Shown one piece after another: positions 1 to 12,589 of a stretch of DNA of 44,926 nucleotides (the stretch's first letter is position 1; every line of letters starts with the position of its first letter). The stretch comes from Basidiobolus meristosporus CBS 931.73 (lineage: Eukaryota; Fungi; Basidiobolomycota). The DNA lies in the NCBI GenBank assembly GCA_002104905.1, contig MCFE01000688.1, positions 1 to 44,926 of the forward strand, in the 5' to 3' direction. The notes beneath the pieces were generated by a model. The model was not told the origin of the DNA, did not search any database, and saw only the letters and a list, made by a program, of their open reading frames with translations. The position numbers and the translations under genes were made by a program.

Positions 1-1199
1 TTTGATTGCTTGGCAATATAATATTTATGAAATGGCAGCTTTGAATAGATAAGATCCTTCTAGAAAATGTGTACTTTGCTAGACTTGATAAGTAGGCTGA
101 TATTTTACTGAAAATAACCTATTTTAATCTGATAAATACTAGCATAACATCAGCCAAAGCACAATTTTTCTTAAATTTGCAACTTCCAATATTTGATGCT
201 TGGCCTTCTTGGTTACACTAACATATGCATACTGGAAGGCATGTTTTAGCAATTCTCAGGTGAGATATGCTAGCAATCAGCTCATTGGCCTCAGAGATTT
301 ACAAATGAGATATTTTCCTCAAGTTGACAGCAAAATATCAGGAACATCATCAATATACCACTATAAAACATTTAAATTTATACTTCTGTTTCCCATGAAG
401 GTACCCAATGACTTATGGTCATCTTCTAATATGGTTAATAGTGAGCTCATTAGCTGCTTACACCACCTTAGATAAGCTTGCTACCTCTTGACATATCATG
501 ACACCCCAAAGCAATGCCCTGCTAAAGAGTGCAATTGTATGGCAATATCAAGCAAGCTGTAACACTTTGAGTATTTTAAGCACTTCTGACTTACAGAGCT
601 GGCAACCATACAATACATTTGCATCAGTCTACATTGTTACTAATACATTCTTAAGTTTAGGTGAGATTTAAGCACTCTATCACTTAAACCGGTGCAGCAT
701 TGGAAGAAAAGCATTTAACAGCTCAGCAATCACATTGGCAGCTAAAATATCCAGTATTTACTAATATTAGTTATCCATAATATAGCTTTCTCCACATGAA
801 GTTCCAAAGCAAGTGTTAAATTGATTTTCAGCTAGTATTTGGCTGATATTCTGATGGCATTTGGCTGGTATTCAGCAGGTGGTCTCCCCTCAGATTTTCA
901 GTTGCTATGTTTGTGGGAAGTATTGAGTAACTGATCATTAAATTTGGTGTGCATGCTGGTTGGCCTAGTCTCCTGCTGGAAATTATGTCCGCTTGTCTGT
1001 CTGACAGTCAGTAACTGGTGCATCTAGAGTTTGAGAAACTTAGAGTTTGGCTAACACTATAATGTAATTTATCAAGTCTTTTCTTATTATTTTTCTTAGG
1101 GCTTTGCTTTACATTATACCATACTGTTGTAGCACTGCACAGGGGCTTTTGCTTTTGGACAACTATTGTTGTCAGAGAGAGCTTACATTGTTACAGTGC

Positions 1200-1960
1200 A
1201 TTGTGTGCAGCCACTGTAAGCTAATTGAGATTGAAGCAGTTGTAAAGGCTTGCAGTACCCTTAGAACTTTAATCCTTGCCATGAGTCATATAAAAGAAGC
1301 TATATGTGATGCCCCAATTTAGGATGTCAACCATCTACCATCAGTTAAAGCTGCACTCTGTTTTTACGCATGTTTACATATCTGGCTGCAAGCACTTGAA
1401 TCCTTTAACAAGCTCAGCTACATTTGTAAACCTGCAAAGCACTTAACCAAGTAACTTATCTCCAATAGATACCAAAGCTGTGAATGCAAAATAAGCAAGC
1501 TTTAGCTATTCAGTGCATTTACTCCTTCAGTAGTTACTGATATCTTACTCCACCAGAGGACTTGCACTCCATGTGCAGATTTTGTTTTGTCTTTAATCAA
1601 GCCCTTCCCTTTACAAGAAAATACCAGAATACTATGGGTTATTTGCAAGCTTACTCCTTTGGAATGCTAATTATATCCTTTAATCTGCAATAAGCTGAAA
1701 ACTACACTATTGGCTCCTACAAGAAATAAATGCATCATAAGTATATGGAACATATCAAATCTGTATGGATACTCAAGGCTATATGTCATTTATGCTATGC
1801 TTTCCGCAGACCAGCACTGTAACTTAGCCACATATGTTTAACAGCTGCTTTGCCACAAAGGTTATCAAAAAATCACATTGTACATTTCAAAGTGAATAGA
1901 TATTGTTGAATAAGTATGGCCATCATGATAAATGCCCAAAGAGTGCCACATCATGTTGTG
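1200..1960 (-). mobile_element. Highly decayed RT/RNase H relic, possibly tyrosine-recombinase (DIRS/Ngaro-type) retrotransposon
   Basis: Manual minus-strand translation gives DVALFGHLS*WPYLFNNI (~1899-1952), resembling the (D)LALPFGLxSAPxIF RT motif. It also gives ICSIYL*C (~1732-1755, YLDD position) and SHIASFI*LMARIKVLRVLQ (~1255-1312), resembling DIRS RNase H HINxLELxAV. Many stops; CpG-depleted; boundaries approximate. Confidence 0.35.
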
Positions 1961-3330
1961 CAGTGATGGAATGTGCTACAAAGCATCATACCAGACTTAC
2001 CTTGGACTTTCTTTGACCTTGACTCAGCAACTTAACAAAACATTTACAACTTGATGGCATAACTACCAGTTGATAACCAAACACACCAAAAATGTATGTG
2101 GCATTCTGATGAGCCATGGAAGCTTGTAAGTAGCTTAAACTATCTGATACTACAATGGCAAGAATTTTGTATCTTAAGTATTCAAAGATTTGCAGAGTCT
2201 ATTGTTGCATTGGCTCTGGCTGAGTATACATATTTCATTCATGAAAATTTTACCCCTGAGTATATCCACCACTACTGAGATATTAAAACTGAGTATGTTT
2301 GTCATCAGTGCAGTACATGATGATTACTTATTTGCAGGTCACTGTTGATTTGATTGGTGAGGGCTCAAGTAAATTGCAGAATGCCCCACAACAGTTTTAG
2401 CTGTAGCTATATTTTGATGTGATCAGTGTGTGCCTGAACACCTTTTTTGAGCCCACATTAGTCTCTTTCATGGTAGCTCACTACTCAGTATTAAGCATAT
2501 AGCTTTAGTGATCTTCAATTCCTGGATAACTCATCAGTATCACTGGTTATATAGTATAAACAATGACATGACAGACAACCAATGATTATTAGCTGAGAGA
2601 ATCACAAAAGAATACTGTCACTTGAGTATGCACAGCATACAAAGTGTTATGTAACTGCATTGAAGTGCATACAAAGCTTGTGGCTCCTAAATTAGTCACC
2701 TGAGCATAACTTAAGCCTATGATTCAATTACCAGTTGCACTGAGCACACAAGGACTATATCTATCAGTGACAAGGATTCAATAGGAGATGAAGCAAGTAA
2801 TATTTCCAATTCCTGAGGAAGTTAGATATAGAAATATGTAGTTGCATTGGTATTGCCCAAGGCAACAATTAGATCTATGCAACTCAAAAGTAGAGCTGAA
2901 GTACTGCATAGTCAGTTTGCCATGCATCAGTGCACAGAGAAGGCCCACTGCTTCCCTACATGTGTGCTTATATATTTGCCTACAAATACACATCTATTGT
3001 CTCTCAACTGGGATTAGTTTGTTGAATACAGTAAAGTGACCTAGTATGTGATATACTAGGTTTACAACCTACCTGCAGTAAGATAGGTTACAAATATGAA
3101 TGCGAAGCTCAGAAATATTAGAATTAGTAATATCAGCTGCAACTCCTGTATCCCCAACATATGTACCATAGCATTCTTCCCAAACAGAAAGGATTTTGAA
3201 ATGGTCAGCAAAATACATCATGATGTTGGCTCAATTCAAGTTTTCTATATATACACCTCTTTATATATCAGGAACTACCTATTGGGATGACCAGCAGATA
3301 TATTGTGTATGAGGAGGATAGGTCAATGGG

Positions 3331-3461
3331 CATTCATACCAGGTTTGGTTAACAGCTGCTTACAACTTCAAACAAAAATTGCAACCAACAACTTGAAGAA
3401 AAAAGAGCAGCTGAATACCTTAAAAACCCATTAAAATACCAATTGAGTACCAGCAAAAAAT
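3331..3461 (-). repeat. Dispersed repeat fragment, inverted relative to the copy at ~30998-31091 (probable LTR/MITE remnant)
   Basis: The reverse complement contains ttttgctggtactcaattggt and gcagctgttaaccaaacctggtatgaatgc. These align by eye with ttttgctggaagtcagttggt and gcagcttataaccaaattggtatgaatgc at 30998-31091. Confidence 0.45.
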
Positions 3462-5479
3462 CTGATTAATTCCAACTTTGAGATTTTCAATGAGGTTGAA
3501 CTTACAAGGGTGCATCATGGTAGCATCCATTGCAGCAATGGTAAGACACAACAGATATATATTGCCTACTCACTCATAGCATTACACTGTAGCACTACTT
3601 AAGATTAGTATAATGCCTTTTGGGCATATCTAAAGGATGAGAAGATAAGAAAATCAAGGAGACTGATATTGGGGACTTGTGCAGGTTTAGGGATACAACA
3701 ATAGCTGATCTAGAACTAGTGATCACCAGAAATAGCATCACCTTGCAGGACTTTACTAAGAAATGCTTTGCTACAATAACATTGTGGCTGCCTTGCATAC
3801 ACAATTAAGTTGGTGTGCAACCTATGAACTGATCACTGTGAATACATTTATATTTCCACCACTTAGGGTGACTTATGTATACTTCATAGTTGTATTTATA
3901 TTGATTTACAGACAGTCTGTGTATGCCAAATTCACAGCTTAGCAGCTGAAAGGGGTTCATTGTTGTCCCTACAAACAGGCTTGGTAACACTTTGCTTAAC
4001 AATCAGCTAGCATAGAGTCCCTTTGTCCTTTTGAATTTAGTTCTTTAAGCTTTCTCTAGTAGCTAGCTTATGCTGAGTAGAAAAGTAGTTGGAGATGAGC
4101 AAAATACCATCATAATGTTTACTGAGCTCAGTGCTTAATGGTGCTAATACATATCAATATCTTTGGCCCTAGCTATTGAGCAGACAAGAGGAATAGACAC
4201 TGACAGGAGGCTGGACCAAACAACAGGCAAATCAATTTGCCAATAAGTTGTGCAAGGCTTTCTTGAATGTCTCTAAATAGAAATATGAAGGAAAGGACCA
4301 GCTGAGTGCCAGATAAATACCCTTAGAACCAAAGTCAAATACCAGCATATTGTCAGAAGAGTTGCAAGTTTCAGATTGCTCATGGTGGAGCAAGTAATCA
4401 CTCAAGTGGTACATTCAACAATCATCAACTCTGACAACTCAGAAAGTTGCAAAATAACACAAGTATATAGGAGGCTTAAAAACAAGCAAAATTGACAGGT
4501 ACAAGCAAGTTGGAAGTCATGTAATGCAAGCAGCACCTATACTGCCTTCACTGACCATAGAGGAAGAGCAGAAATACTCTGGTCTTTACAACATCTACAC
4601 ATTGACTTTAGGAGAGGACCAATCAATACCTTCACTGCTTTAAATTAAGCATTAATCCATATTCATGTAGCACACTACCTATGCAGAGTTTTGAAAGCGG
4701 AACTAGATGATCTCAGGGTACCTTGGTCTTTAAAGGGGCAAATTTTTCAATATAATCTGGAGCCCCAATGCATCTGTAGACATGACTGATTTGAATGAGA
4801 GTTACTGATTGATGGCTAAAAGTATCAGCAAGTTGACGGCTAGCACAATAGTAACAGATTAATATGATAGAGCAAAAAAAATGAGGCATTATGCACAACT
4901 ACAACACTTGTATACTCTGACCATCAAAACTATTGATCAACCATGCATAGATACACTCCAAGGATGGTAACAATAATATATATAATAAGAATAACATATA
5001 TAAATATGAAGGATAAAAGCTCCTTGCCCACATGACCATATTGTGGATGTGCAATACCAAAGGACAAAGTTTATATATGTGCTATCCATAGTAATCTATA
5101 CAGAGTAGCAGCAGAAAACAGATAATGTGCCTAATTGAAGGTTGCTTCATATGGCTATAAGAGTCGGCGTGTGATTTTGTCAAAAGTAGAAAGAACAATT
5201 CGTTCCAGCTCATTGTTACTCTTTACTCATATTCCTCGACCAAACTCTGCATGCATGCATTCAGATAAGAAGAAAGAATCACTACGGCATTAAATTACGT
5301 TTAGAGGCCCAAGCTACGCATACTATCGAGTTATATTGCACTCACCACACATACGCCAAGTAGCAAAAATCTATTCATGTGCATAGGCCAGTTATTTTAT
5401 AAGAGTGAATGCAAGCCTCGAATATGCGTACTCATCGGTTTTATTGTCAAGAATATTAATGATGAAGTTGAATGGCGTA

Positions 5480-5663
5480 TATTGCATCCTCCGTATCCCC
5501 CGTAGCGCCCATATCCCCAACGCCCTCCATAATCTTCTCGTCCCCAGTATCTGCTCCTCCGCCGTATCTCCCCCATAGCTCGGCCTCTTCTTGATTACCC
5601 TGCTCTTCCTCGACTCCTTGATTGCTCCAGAGAGTCTGATTGAACGTATTCCTCGACATCTGG
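5480..5663 (-). pseudogene. GY-rich peptide precursor pseudogene (5'-deleted, frameshifted), left edge of array
   Basis: Retains QMSRNTFNQTL...GVEEEQGNQEEAELWGRYGG. The signal peptide, start and TATA are deleted: the sequence joins directly to the upstream promoter segment at ~5665. The core is frameshifted and the CDWGC end is missing. Confidence 0.85.
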
Positions 5664-5920
5664 TTAATAGACATTGCATCTAGGACACTTCGCAGAATTG
5701 ATGGGTTTCAGTCGAATCTATGTTACAAGCATTAGGAAGCTTTGTGCTAGCTCTAGTATACTGTTGTTAGTAAGATAGGGACAAGCATACTGATGTATGT
5801 GTGTTTCCACTAACGCGACTGGTAAAAATGCTGCGAAAAAGAAACACTTCAATTGACTGCCAAACTGTTGACACCCACCTACACATCCACTACCACAACC
5901 TATCTGACTTGTTATCCCTA

Positions 5921-5987
5921 CTGCAGCTTGAGGAACTATGAAAACTGCAGCTTGAGGAACTATGAAAACTGCAGCTTGAGGAACTAT
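5921..5987. repeat. 24-bp tandem repeat (ctgcagcttgaggaactatgaaaa) x2.8
   Basis: Seen directly; the homologous spacer near 8527 has a single related copy. Confidence 0.95.
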
Positions 5988-6114
5988 ACAAACATCACCG
6001 AGTGGCTTCTGTTAATTACGATGAGGCTTAGTATGGGGCGTTGCCTATTGAAAGTATGAAGTTGAGCATGAAACATTGACAATGTGATGTTTATTTAAGG
6101 TAAGGATGTGGTGA

Positions 6115-6185
6115 ATTACCCAGAAACGTAGCGTCCTAATCTCCTTCCGTTGCTGCCATCAGAGTCGGTGTCTTCAGGAATGGAA
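6115..6185 (-). pseudogene. Collapsed relic of a type-B-like GY precursor gene
   Basis: The flanks match those of the intact 8607-9026 gene (taaggatgt.gtg.atta; tcagagtc.gtgtctt; gatgatggagctt). The remnant translates DTDSDGSNGRRLGRYVSG*. Confidence 0.6.
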
Positions 6186-6599
6186 TGATGATGGAGCTTG
6201 ATAAACCTATCTAGTTACATCCAACTCCATTATTTATTCCTAGCCGGTTATTCATGCCACAGCACGCCCTGAAGTATATATGGAGTCAGTGTATAGCTCA
6301 GCTGAACGGTGGTATACGAAATATAAAGATTATTGTACTTCTGTACTTATATAATATATTCCCTTGTAGTGCATATAGTTCGTTTGATATTTGTATAGGC
6401 TGGTTCAAGCATTGAAGGATTCTTATCAAACAACGTCCATTTATTGCATCAAGTGATCATTTTTAGTTGTATAGTCTCATTTGTGAATATCTCCAATGAG
6501 TTGTAGCAAGCGTGTTCAAATATTGTAGAAAACATATACCTTTGAAACCTTATGATCTTCTATACACCAGAGATATGATGGTGTAAGTGTCAGTCAATG

Positions 6600-7016
6600 A
6601 TCAGAGTGTAAGTAATAACTTGACTAGTAGCTTGATGTGATAAATACTTCATCATGAGTGTATTTATCTACCATAGCCGTCATGATTATTAAACAAACGC
6701 GCAAAAGATACACTCCACAAAGCTCAGATGGTCACACGGTCTTGTCTTGGTCAAAATCCGTGTTTGAGGCAGACGTTTTTGAATCAGAATCCTCGTATGA
6801 AAGGCTTATCTACGCATCAACGGGCATCAACGGGCATCAACGGGGCATCATCTTTCACCACCACTATCAGTTATATGCCCAACGGTAAGACTATAGAGAT
6901 TTCAATGAGTTATTTCACTCTACGATTATATGCATGCATTCAATCAAAGCAACTATGCCATTTGTTTACGTATCGAAACCCAAGCCACACACACTATAAC
7001 AAGTCATACACACGAT
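6600..7016 (-). pseudogene. Repeated module C, copy 1 (decayed, unidentified coding-like sequence)
   Basis: Homologous to 10190-10605, 12590-13265, 17815-17970 and 19030-19665. Minus frame reads SYEDSDS...KTV*PSELCGVYLLRVCLIIMTAMVDKYTH. Includes a gcatcaacgg x3 microrepeat at 6814-6843. Confidence 0.5.
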
Positions 7017-7120
7017 AAAGTTGTATATTATTCCCCTTCATTATCTTAGTAACTCTGCTTATCCCCTTATGGCTCTACACAATCTTCTTTAATATTCAAT
7101 TCAACGGTGAAGTACTCACA

Positions 7121-7378
7121 ATACGACTCAATACCGTTCTCTCCTCCTTAAACATGGTACTGCCAACCTGCGTATCAACCTTGGCTCATGGCAACACGTG
7201 ACTGCCGGGCCATTGGATATTGTAAGCATAACTCCCGGACCACCCGGCACCTCCGCCAAAGCAATCCTGTACCTTTCTGTGCAAGATTGCAACAGGAAAA
7301 GGACCAGGTTTGCTGCGATTACCTCGAAACTACGGAAAAGAAGTGACCGTTGGAGCAGTGAGAGTCTCTGCTAACTAG
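7121..7378 (+). pseudogene. Partner secreted-protein gene (family A) pseudogene, copy 1
   Basis: Homologous to 21848-22274. Start mutated to ATA; carries the shared ~146-nt deletion plus a further internal deletion before GKEVTVGAVRVSAN*. Confidence 0.85.
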
Positions 7379-7503
7379 CATTCTCAATAAGAGTCATAAT
7401 CACATGGCCATTCACTATCAATAGATAAAATGCAACGGTACTTTATTCAAGCACACAGACAAGCTGTGTTGTTGGAGTGAATGAAAACCTTGATTCTTAT
7501 TAT

Positions 7504-7936
7504 TTAGCAACCCCAGTCGCATCCACCATACCCTCCATATCCCCCGTAGCGTCCATACCCCCACAGACCTCCATAACCACCGTAGCGACCGTAACGTCCT
7601 CGTCCCCAGTATCTGCCCCTCCGCCGCCCGTATCCGCCGTATCTCCCCCATAGCTGGGCCTCTTCTGGATTGCCCTCCTCTTCCTCGACTCCTTGGTCGG
7701 CATCTTGCTTATCCGAGAGGGTCTGATCGAACGTATTCCTTGACATCTGTCCGAGAATGCCATCGATGTAGTGTCGAATATTCTGCGCATCCTCCTCCTT
7801 GTTGGACGAGAACTTCTTCACCACTTGGCCGCTTTGTGGATCCCTATCGGAGATTTGTGCTTGACACATCCACGGGACTTCCAAAGGCACTGACGACCAT
7901 TAGTAGAGCACAAGCTGCGGTAAATTGTTTGTACAT
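7504..7936 (-). pseudogene. GY-rich peptide precursor pseudogene (17-nt deletion frameshift)
   Basis: True ATG at 7936 (MYKQFTAA...). Span is 433 nt versus 450 in 13873-14322 because ggatgcgctcgctacat is missing, giving a stop after ~30 codons (TNLR*). The downstream frame with the mature peptide is intact. Confidence 0.9.
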
Positions 7937-8606
7937 TGTGAAAGTTGAATACTCCAATAAAGCTCAGCACCAGCCTTTATATAAAGATACAGCATTTGGC
8001 CAAAACGGAGGTTTATAGATATCGCATCTTATGATGGGTTTCTGACGAACGATGTATTGTATTTTGCATCTACTCTACAGGCATTAGCAAGATACAATAA
8101 GAGCTTCTAGAATTGTGAGCTAGCTCTAGTATGTACTAATTAATCATCATATTAGTAGTAGTCAGGCCATTAGATACTATAGAAAGCAGAGTGTAAAGTA
8201 AAATGGTTTGTACTAAGTACACTGATGGGCACTTTGATAATAATGCTAAATCTCTATTGTGGACCAAGGAGACATCGATCCACTCACAACTACAGCATCA
8301 CATGAATATGAGAAAGCTATAGATGGCATTCATGGAAGATTAGGCAAATATGAAGCGAAAAAAAAAGACTTTACTAACAGTACACCATTAAAAGATAAAA
8401 ATTGACAGCATTTAAAGGTAAAGATTGGCATCATTTATGAAGATAATTGACTGCCAAACTGCAATAAGACTTATCTTTGCATAGACATCCACCTTATCCA
8501 TACACATATCTGACTTTCTCTCCCAACTGCGGCTTGGTAAACATCACTGATTAATTACGATGAGCATTGGCATTATGATGTTTATTTAACGTAAGGATGT
8601 AGTGCA

Positions 8607-9026
8607 TTAGCAACCCCAGTCGCATCCACCATACCCTCTATATCCCCCGTAGCGCCCATATCCCCATCGGCCTCCGTAGCCACCATAGCGACCGTAACGT
8701 CCTCGTCCCCAGTATCTGCTTCCCCACCTTCCATAGCCACCATATCTACCCCAAAGCTGGGTCTCTTCAGAGTCAGTGTCTTGACTTGTAGGAGACACTT
8801 GTTCATCTGCCAACCCACCGCCTGACATTTGGCCGAATATGTCGTCAAGAATGGCGCGAGCATCTTCGTCTTTTGTGGACTGGAATTGTGTTATCATTTT
8901 GCCGCTTTGTGGGTCCCGGATGGAGATGGAAGCACTTGCTACATTGGTTACTTCTGGCTGCACAGGAGTTGCCACTGCATATGAGGCAATTAGGAGAGCA
9001 AAGGGGATGGAGAAGTGCTTGTGCAT
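8607..9026 (-). CDS. Secreted Gly/Tyr/Arg/Trp-rich peptide precursor, type B (139 aa, intact)
   Basis: MHKHFSIPFALLIASYAVA (signal-like) + pro region + EETQL|WGRYGGYGRWGSRYWGRGRYGRYGGYGGRWGYGRYGGYRGYGGCDWGC. The start is placed at the ATG at 9026 because the paralogs begin at the homologous cattgtgaa context; the ORF track extends it to 9077. Confidence 0.9.
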   Translation of the reverse strand: MHKHFSIPFALLIASYAVATPVQPEVTNVASASISIRDPQSGKMITQFQSTKDEDARAILDDIFGQMSGGGLADEQVSPTSQDTDSEETQLWGRYGGYGRWGSRYWGRGRYGRYGGYGGRWGYGRYGGYRGYGGCDWGC

Positions 9027-9309
9027 TGTGAATCTGAATGAAGCACTTGAGCTGATTATGAGTAAATATACCCGCACAGCAGAAGCTGATGATGGAGCTT
9101 ATTAAAGACACTCAACTTTACCTCTGCTTTCAGTGGGAAGCGCTGCGGGTGATCCATTTGGTCGTTCAATAGAAACTGCTTAGTGGCTCTTCATTCAATC
9201 AAACACGCATAACACAACAAAAAGCTTAAAAAGATCATTTGTTTAGCAGATATGTTACAGGTTAGCCACCTCCATATTAACCATATGCTAATATTGATTG
9301 TGTGAACTT

Positions 9310-9400
9310 CCAGTTGCAGTCATCTCCATGTACCAATGTATCCTGTCACTGTAGCGTCATTATTCCTTTCTGTTGATGCCATAGATTCCTTTGTATCTTC
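9310..9400 (-). pseudogene. Old decayed GY-family relic upstream of the type B gene
   Basis: Minus strand reads LWHQQKGI*RYSDRIHWY.., then GDDCNW in another frame, echoing LWG..RY..CDW. The same segment supplies the N-terminus of the chimeras at 11217 and 18519. Confidence 0.45.
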
Positions 9401-9773
9401 ATATTTACTGAAGAATGGCATGATTGATGACATCTCTTGAGCCAACTCCAGCATTTATTCCCAGTCGGTTACACATACAGTTAACCTGCCGCAGTAAATC
9501 CCGAAGTATATACTTGGTCGGTGTATGGTAAGCGGAATTAGTAAGCTCCAAGTTAGGCTGCGATAATATAAAAATTAGTGTACTTATCGAATATATTCTC
9601 AGTGCATATAGCTTGTTGTAAGTTCATGCTAGCTGATATTGGAAGGGGTTGCGGTTCAAGCACTGAGAACTAGCTGCGATCATTATTACTAAATGACAAC
9701 CATTGATTGCCTCAAGTATTCCATTTTCATTCTTAGTTGTACAGTATCTGTTGCAAATATCTTCAAATATTGG

Positions 9774-9855
9774 GATATTGTGGAGAATATAGGGTACTTG
9801 ATATTGTGGAGAATATAGGGTACTTGATATTGTGGAGAATATAGGGTACTTGATA
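9774..9855. repeat. 26-bp tandem repeat (gatattgtggagaatatagggtactt) x3
   Basis: Three perfect copies seen directly. Confidence 0.95.
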
Positions 9856-10189
9856 GTACAACACTGATTTAGAAGTGTCTAAAATGAGGAAAGCAGAGGC
9901 CTATCGCACTTAACCAATTTTCAATCATCGGTACATGGTGAAGTGCATTCAGAATCCCTAAAGCAGGCCAGCTGCAATACAAAGTATACCAACTCCAATA
10001 GCTAACAGTTTGGATCAAGGAGTTATTGTATATGCCAAGGCGAAAGACTGCTGGAGAACTGTACAAAGCCTGCCAATATCACAGTATATTGAGACTTTAG
10101 CTGTTCATAGCAGTGAGTGCTGAGGTCAGAGTATTTCTGCTGAGAATGCTGAAGAGATAATGGTTCTTTGAAACCTTATGGTCTTCTAT

Positions 10190-10605
10190 GCACCAGAGAT
10201 ATGATGGTTTAAGTGTCAGTCAGTGATCAGAGTGTAAGTAATAACTTGACTAATAGCTTGATGTGATAGATACTCCAACATGAGTGTATTTATCTACCAT
10301 AGCCACCAAGGTTAGATACACTCCACAAAGCTCAGAGGGTAAAAAATCTTATCCGTGTTTTGAGGCAGACGATTTTGAATCAGAATCCTCGTATGAAAGG
10401 CTTATCTACGCATCAACGGGGCATCAACGGGGCATCATCTTTCACCACCACTATCAGTCATATGCCTAACGGTAAGACTATGGAGATTCCAATGAGTTAT
10501 TTCACTCTACGATTATATGCATGCATTCAATCAAAGCAACTATGCCATTTGTTTACGTATAGGAACCCAGGCTACACACACTATAACAAGTCATACACAC
10601 GATAA
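10190..10605 (-). pseudogene. Repeated module C, copy 2
   Basis: Near-collinear with 6600-7016. Confidence 0.5.
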
Positions 10606-10853
10606 AGTCGTAGTGCCCGTGCTTCACGTAATTCAAGCCTTTTTATATTACTAGTAGCAAGGAATGGGCCCTCTTGGCTAGAAACTGAAGTAAGGATGAT
10701 GGATTAGGATCATGTGCGTACTCCCAAGACTGAAGAAAGTACTCTAATAGAATATTCCCCTTCACTGCCTGTCTCTCCTTGCCAACCGTACTTATCCCCT
10801 TATTGCTCTATACAATCGTATTTAATATTCGATTTAACGGTAAAACACACACA

Positions 10854-11088
10854 GTGCGACTCAATACCGATCTCTGCTCCTTAATCGTGGCACTGCTAAC
10901 CCGCGTATCAACCTCGGCTCATGCTAACACGTGGCCGGTAGATACCGCAAGCATCACTTCCGGGCCATCCAGCACCTCCGCCAAAGCAATAATGTACCCT
11001 TCTCTGTAAGATTACAACAGGAAAAGGAACAGGATTGTTGCGACTACCTCCAAATAACGGAAAAGAAGCAGGAGTCTCAGCCAACTAG
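10854..11088 (+). pseudogene. Family A pseudogene, copy 2
   Basis: Start mutated to GTG. The shared deletion plus a further ~8-nt loss restores the frame (AHANTWPVDTASITSGP), but CAA>TAA stops it after YPSL. Confidence 0.85.
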
Positions 11089-11216
11089 CATTCACAATAA
11101 GAGTTACAAAGAATACATCCCATCGAATTATACATATGGCCATTCACTATCGGTAGATAAAATGCGACAGTACTTTGTTCGTTGCTGGAGTGAATGAAAG
11201 CCTTGACTCTTATTAT

Positions 11217-11468
11217 TCAGCAACCCCAGTCGCATCCACCATAGCCTCTATATCCCCACCGACCTCCATAACCACCGTAGCGACCGTAGCGTCCTCGTCC
11301 ACAGTATCTGCCCATCCACCACCCATACCCGCCGTATCTCCCATATAGCTGGACCTCTTCACGATTGCCCTCCTCTTCCTCGACTCCTTGGTTGGCATTC
11401 GCCATCTCCATGTACCAATGTGTCCTATCACCGTATCCCCTTCCGTTGCTGCCACAACTCATATTCAT
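11217..11468 (-). CDS. Chimeric, signal-peptide-less GY-rich ORF (83 aa); possibly a pseudogene
   Basis: Open frame. The N-terminal MNMSCGSNGRGYGDRTHWYMEMAN derives from the relic-type sequence seen at ~9310-9400. It is fused to QGVEEEEGNREEVQL and a GY core ending CDWGC. Confidence 0.5.
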   Translation of the reverse strand: MNMSCGSNGRGYGDRTHWYMEMANANQGVEEEEGNREEVQLYGRYGGYGWWMGRYCGRGRYGRYGGYGGRWGYRGYGGCDWGC

Positions 11469-12589
11469 TAAAGAGTGGCATGGTTGATTAAAACATTTAT
11501 CACATATCTTGAACCTATCTAGCTACATCCATGTATTCCTAGTCGGTTACGCATACAGTCAACCTGCCGCAGTACATCCTCAAGTATAGGTCAGCCGAAC
11601 GAGGAATAAATAAGCTTAGAGTTAGGCTGCGATAGTATAAAATTAGTATACTTCCGTACTTATCTCACTGTGCATATGGCTTGCTTGTAAGTAAGTTCAT
11701 TGTAGGTGATATTGGCAGGGATTGCGGCTCAAGTACTGATAACTGCCACAAGTATTCGGACAACTACTTTGTCATTCTTGGTTATATAGTGCCTGTTGTA
11801 AATATTTCAAATATTAAAGCATTGTGAAGAATGTTTGGTACTTGATATGGTACCTGAAGCTGCCAGTGCAATACCGGTTCAGAAGTGTCCAGTAAACCAA
11901 GGGTTCTGGTGATATTTAAATGAGGAAAGCAGAGGCCTATTGTACCTGGGCACCTGTAAGCAATTATCAATCATCAATTACATAAAGAACTGCTCACTCA
12001 GGAGTCGATGTAGGTTTAAAATCCCTACTGCATCCAATGGCCAACAGTATGGATCAAGGAGTTATCAGCACCATTATATATGCTACAAGGTTATTTATTG
12101 CGAAAATATGAGTTGGAATGCTGCCTAGAACAAGTTTACTGAGCTTATGTTTTACCAGTAGCTTTAGACCAATGGAGAGTTCCTACTCTTGCTTATCATT
12201 GTTCAAAATAACACCAAATTACTATATGAAGTAGAGTCCTATGCAGTACAATTGTATATCTGCTAGCTACCTGCAGTGGGAGTACAAAGCAAGTCACGTG
12301 TTGGTATTTGGCTTTCTGCAGAAGGCAATCAGTAACAAGAAATAATGATTAAACATGGCCTATTTATGCTAGTGTGCTGTAATCAGCTAAACAGTAGGAG
12401 CCTCTCTGAAAGACAGCTGGAGCCCCGTACAAGGCCTGCATCACCTATGCCAGCATGCCAATGTCTTAGTATATTGAGACTTTAGCCATAGCTGTGAAGG
12501 AAACTGTTCATAACAGCAAGTGCTGAGGCCACTGCACTGCTGTTGAGAATACTGAAGAGATAATAATATTTTGAGTATGACTACAATGA

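Noticed and set aside
200-5150. Short ORFs in the left flank (and most in 29900-36500) as genes
   Set aside because: 60-90-codon ORFs with non-ATG starts in CpG-depleted TE debris, with no coherent protein features.
7504-7890. 128-aa ORF MPLEVPWMCQAQ... as an intact gene (also 16942-17292, and 23088-23408 MVKKFSS...)
   Set aside because: They begin at GTG codons and are out of frame with the true ATG and signal peptide; the 17-nt and 13-nt deletions explain them.
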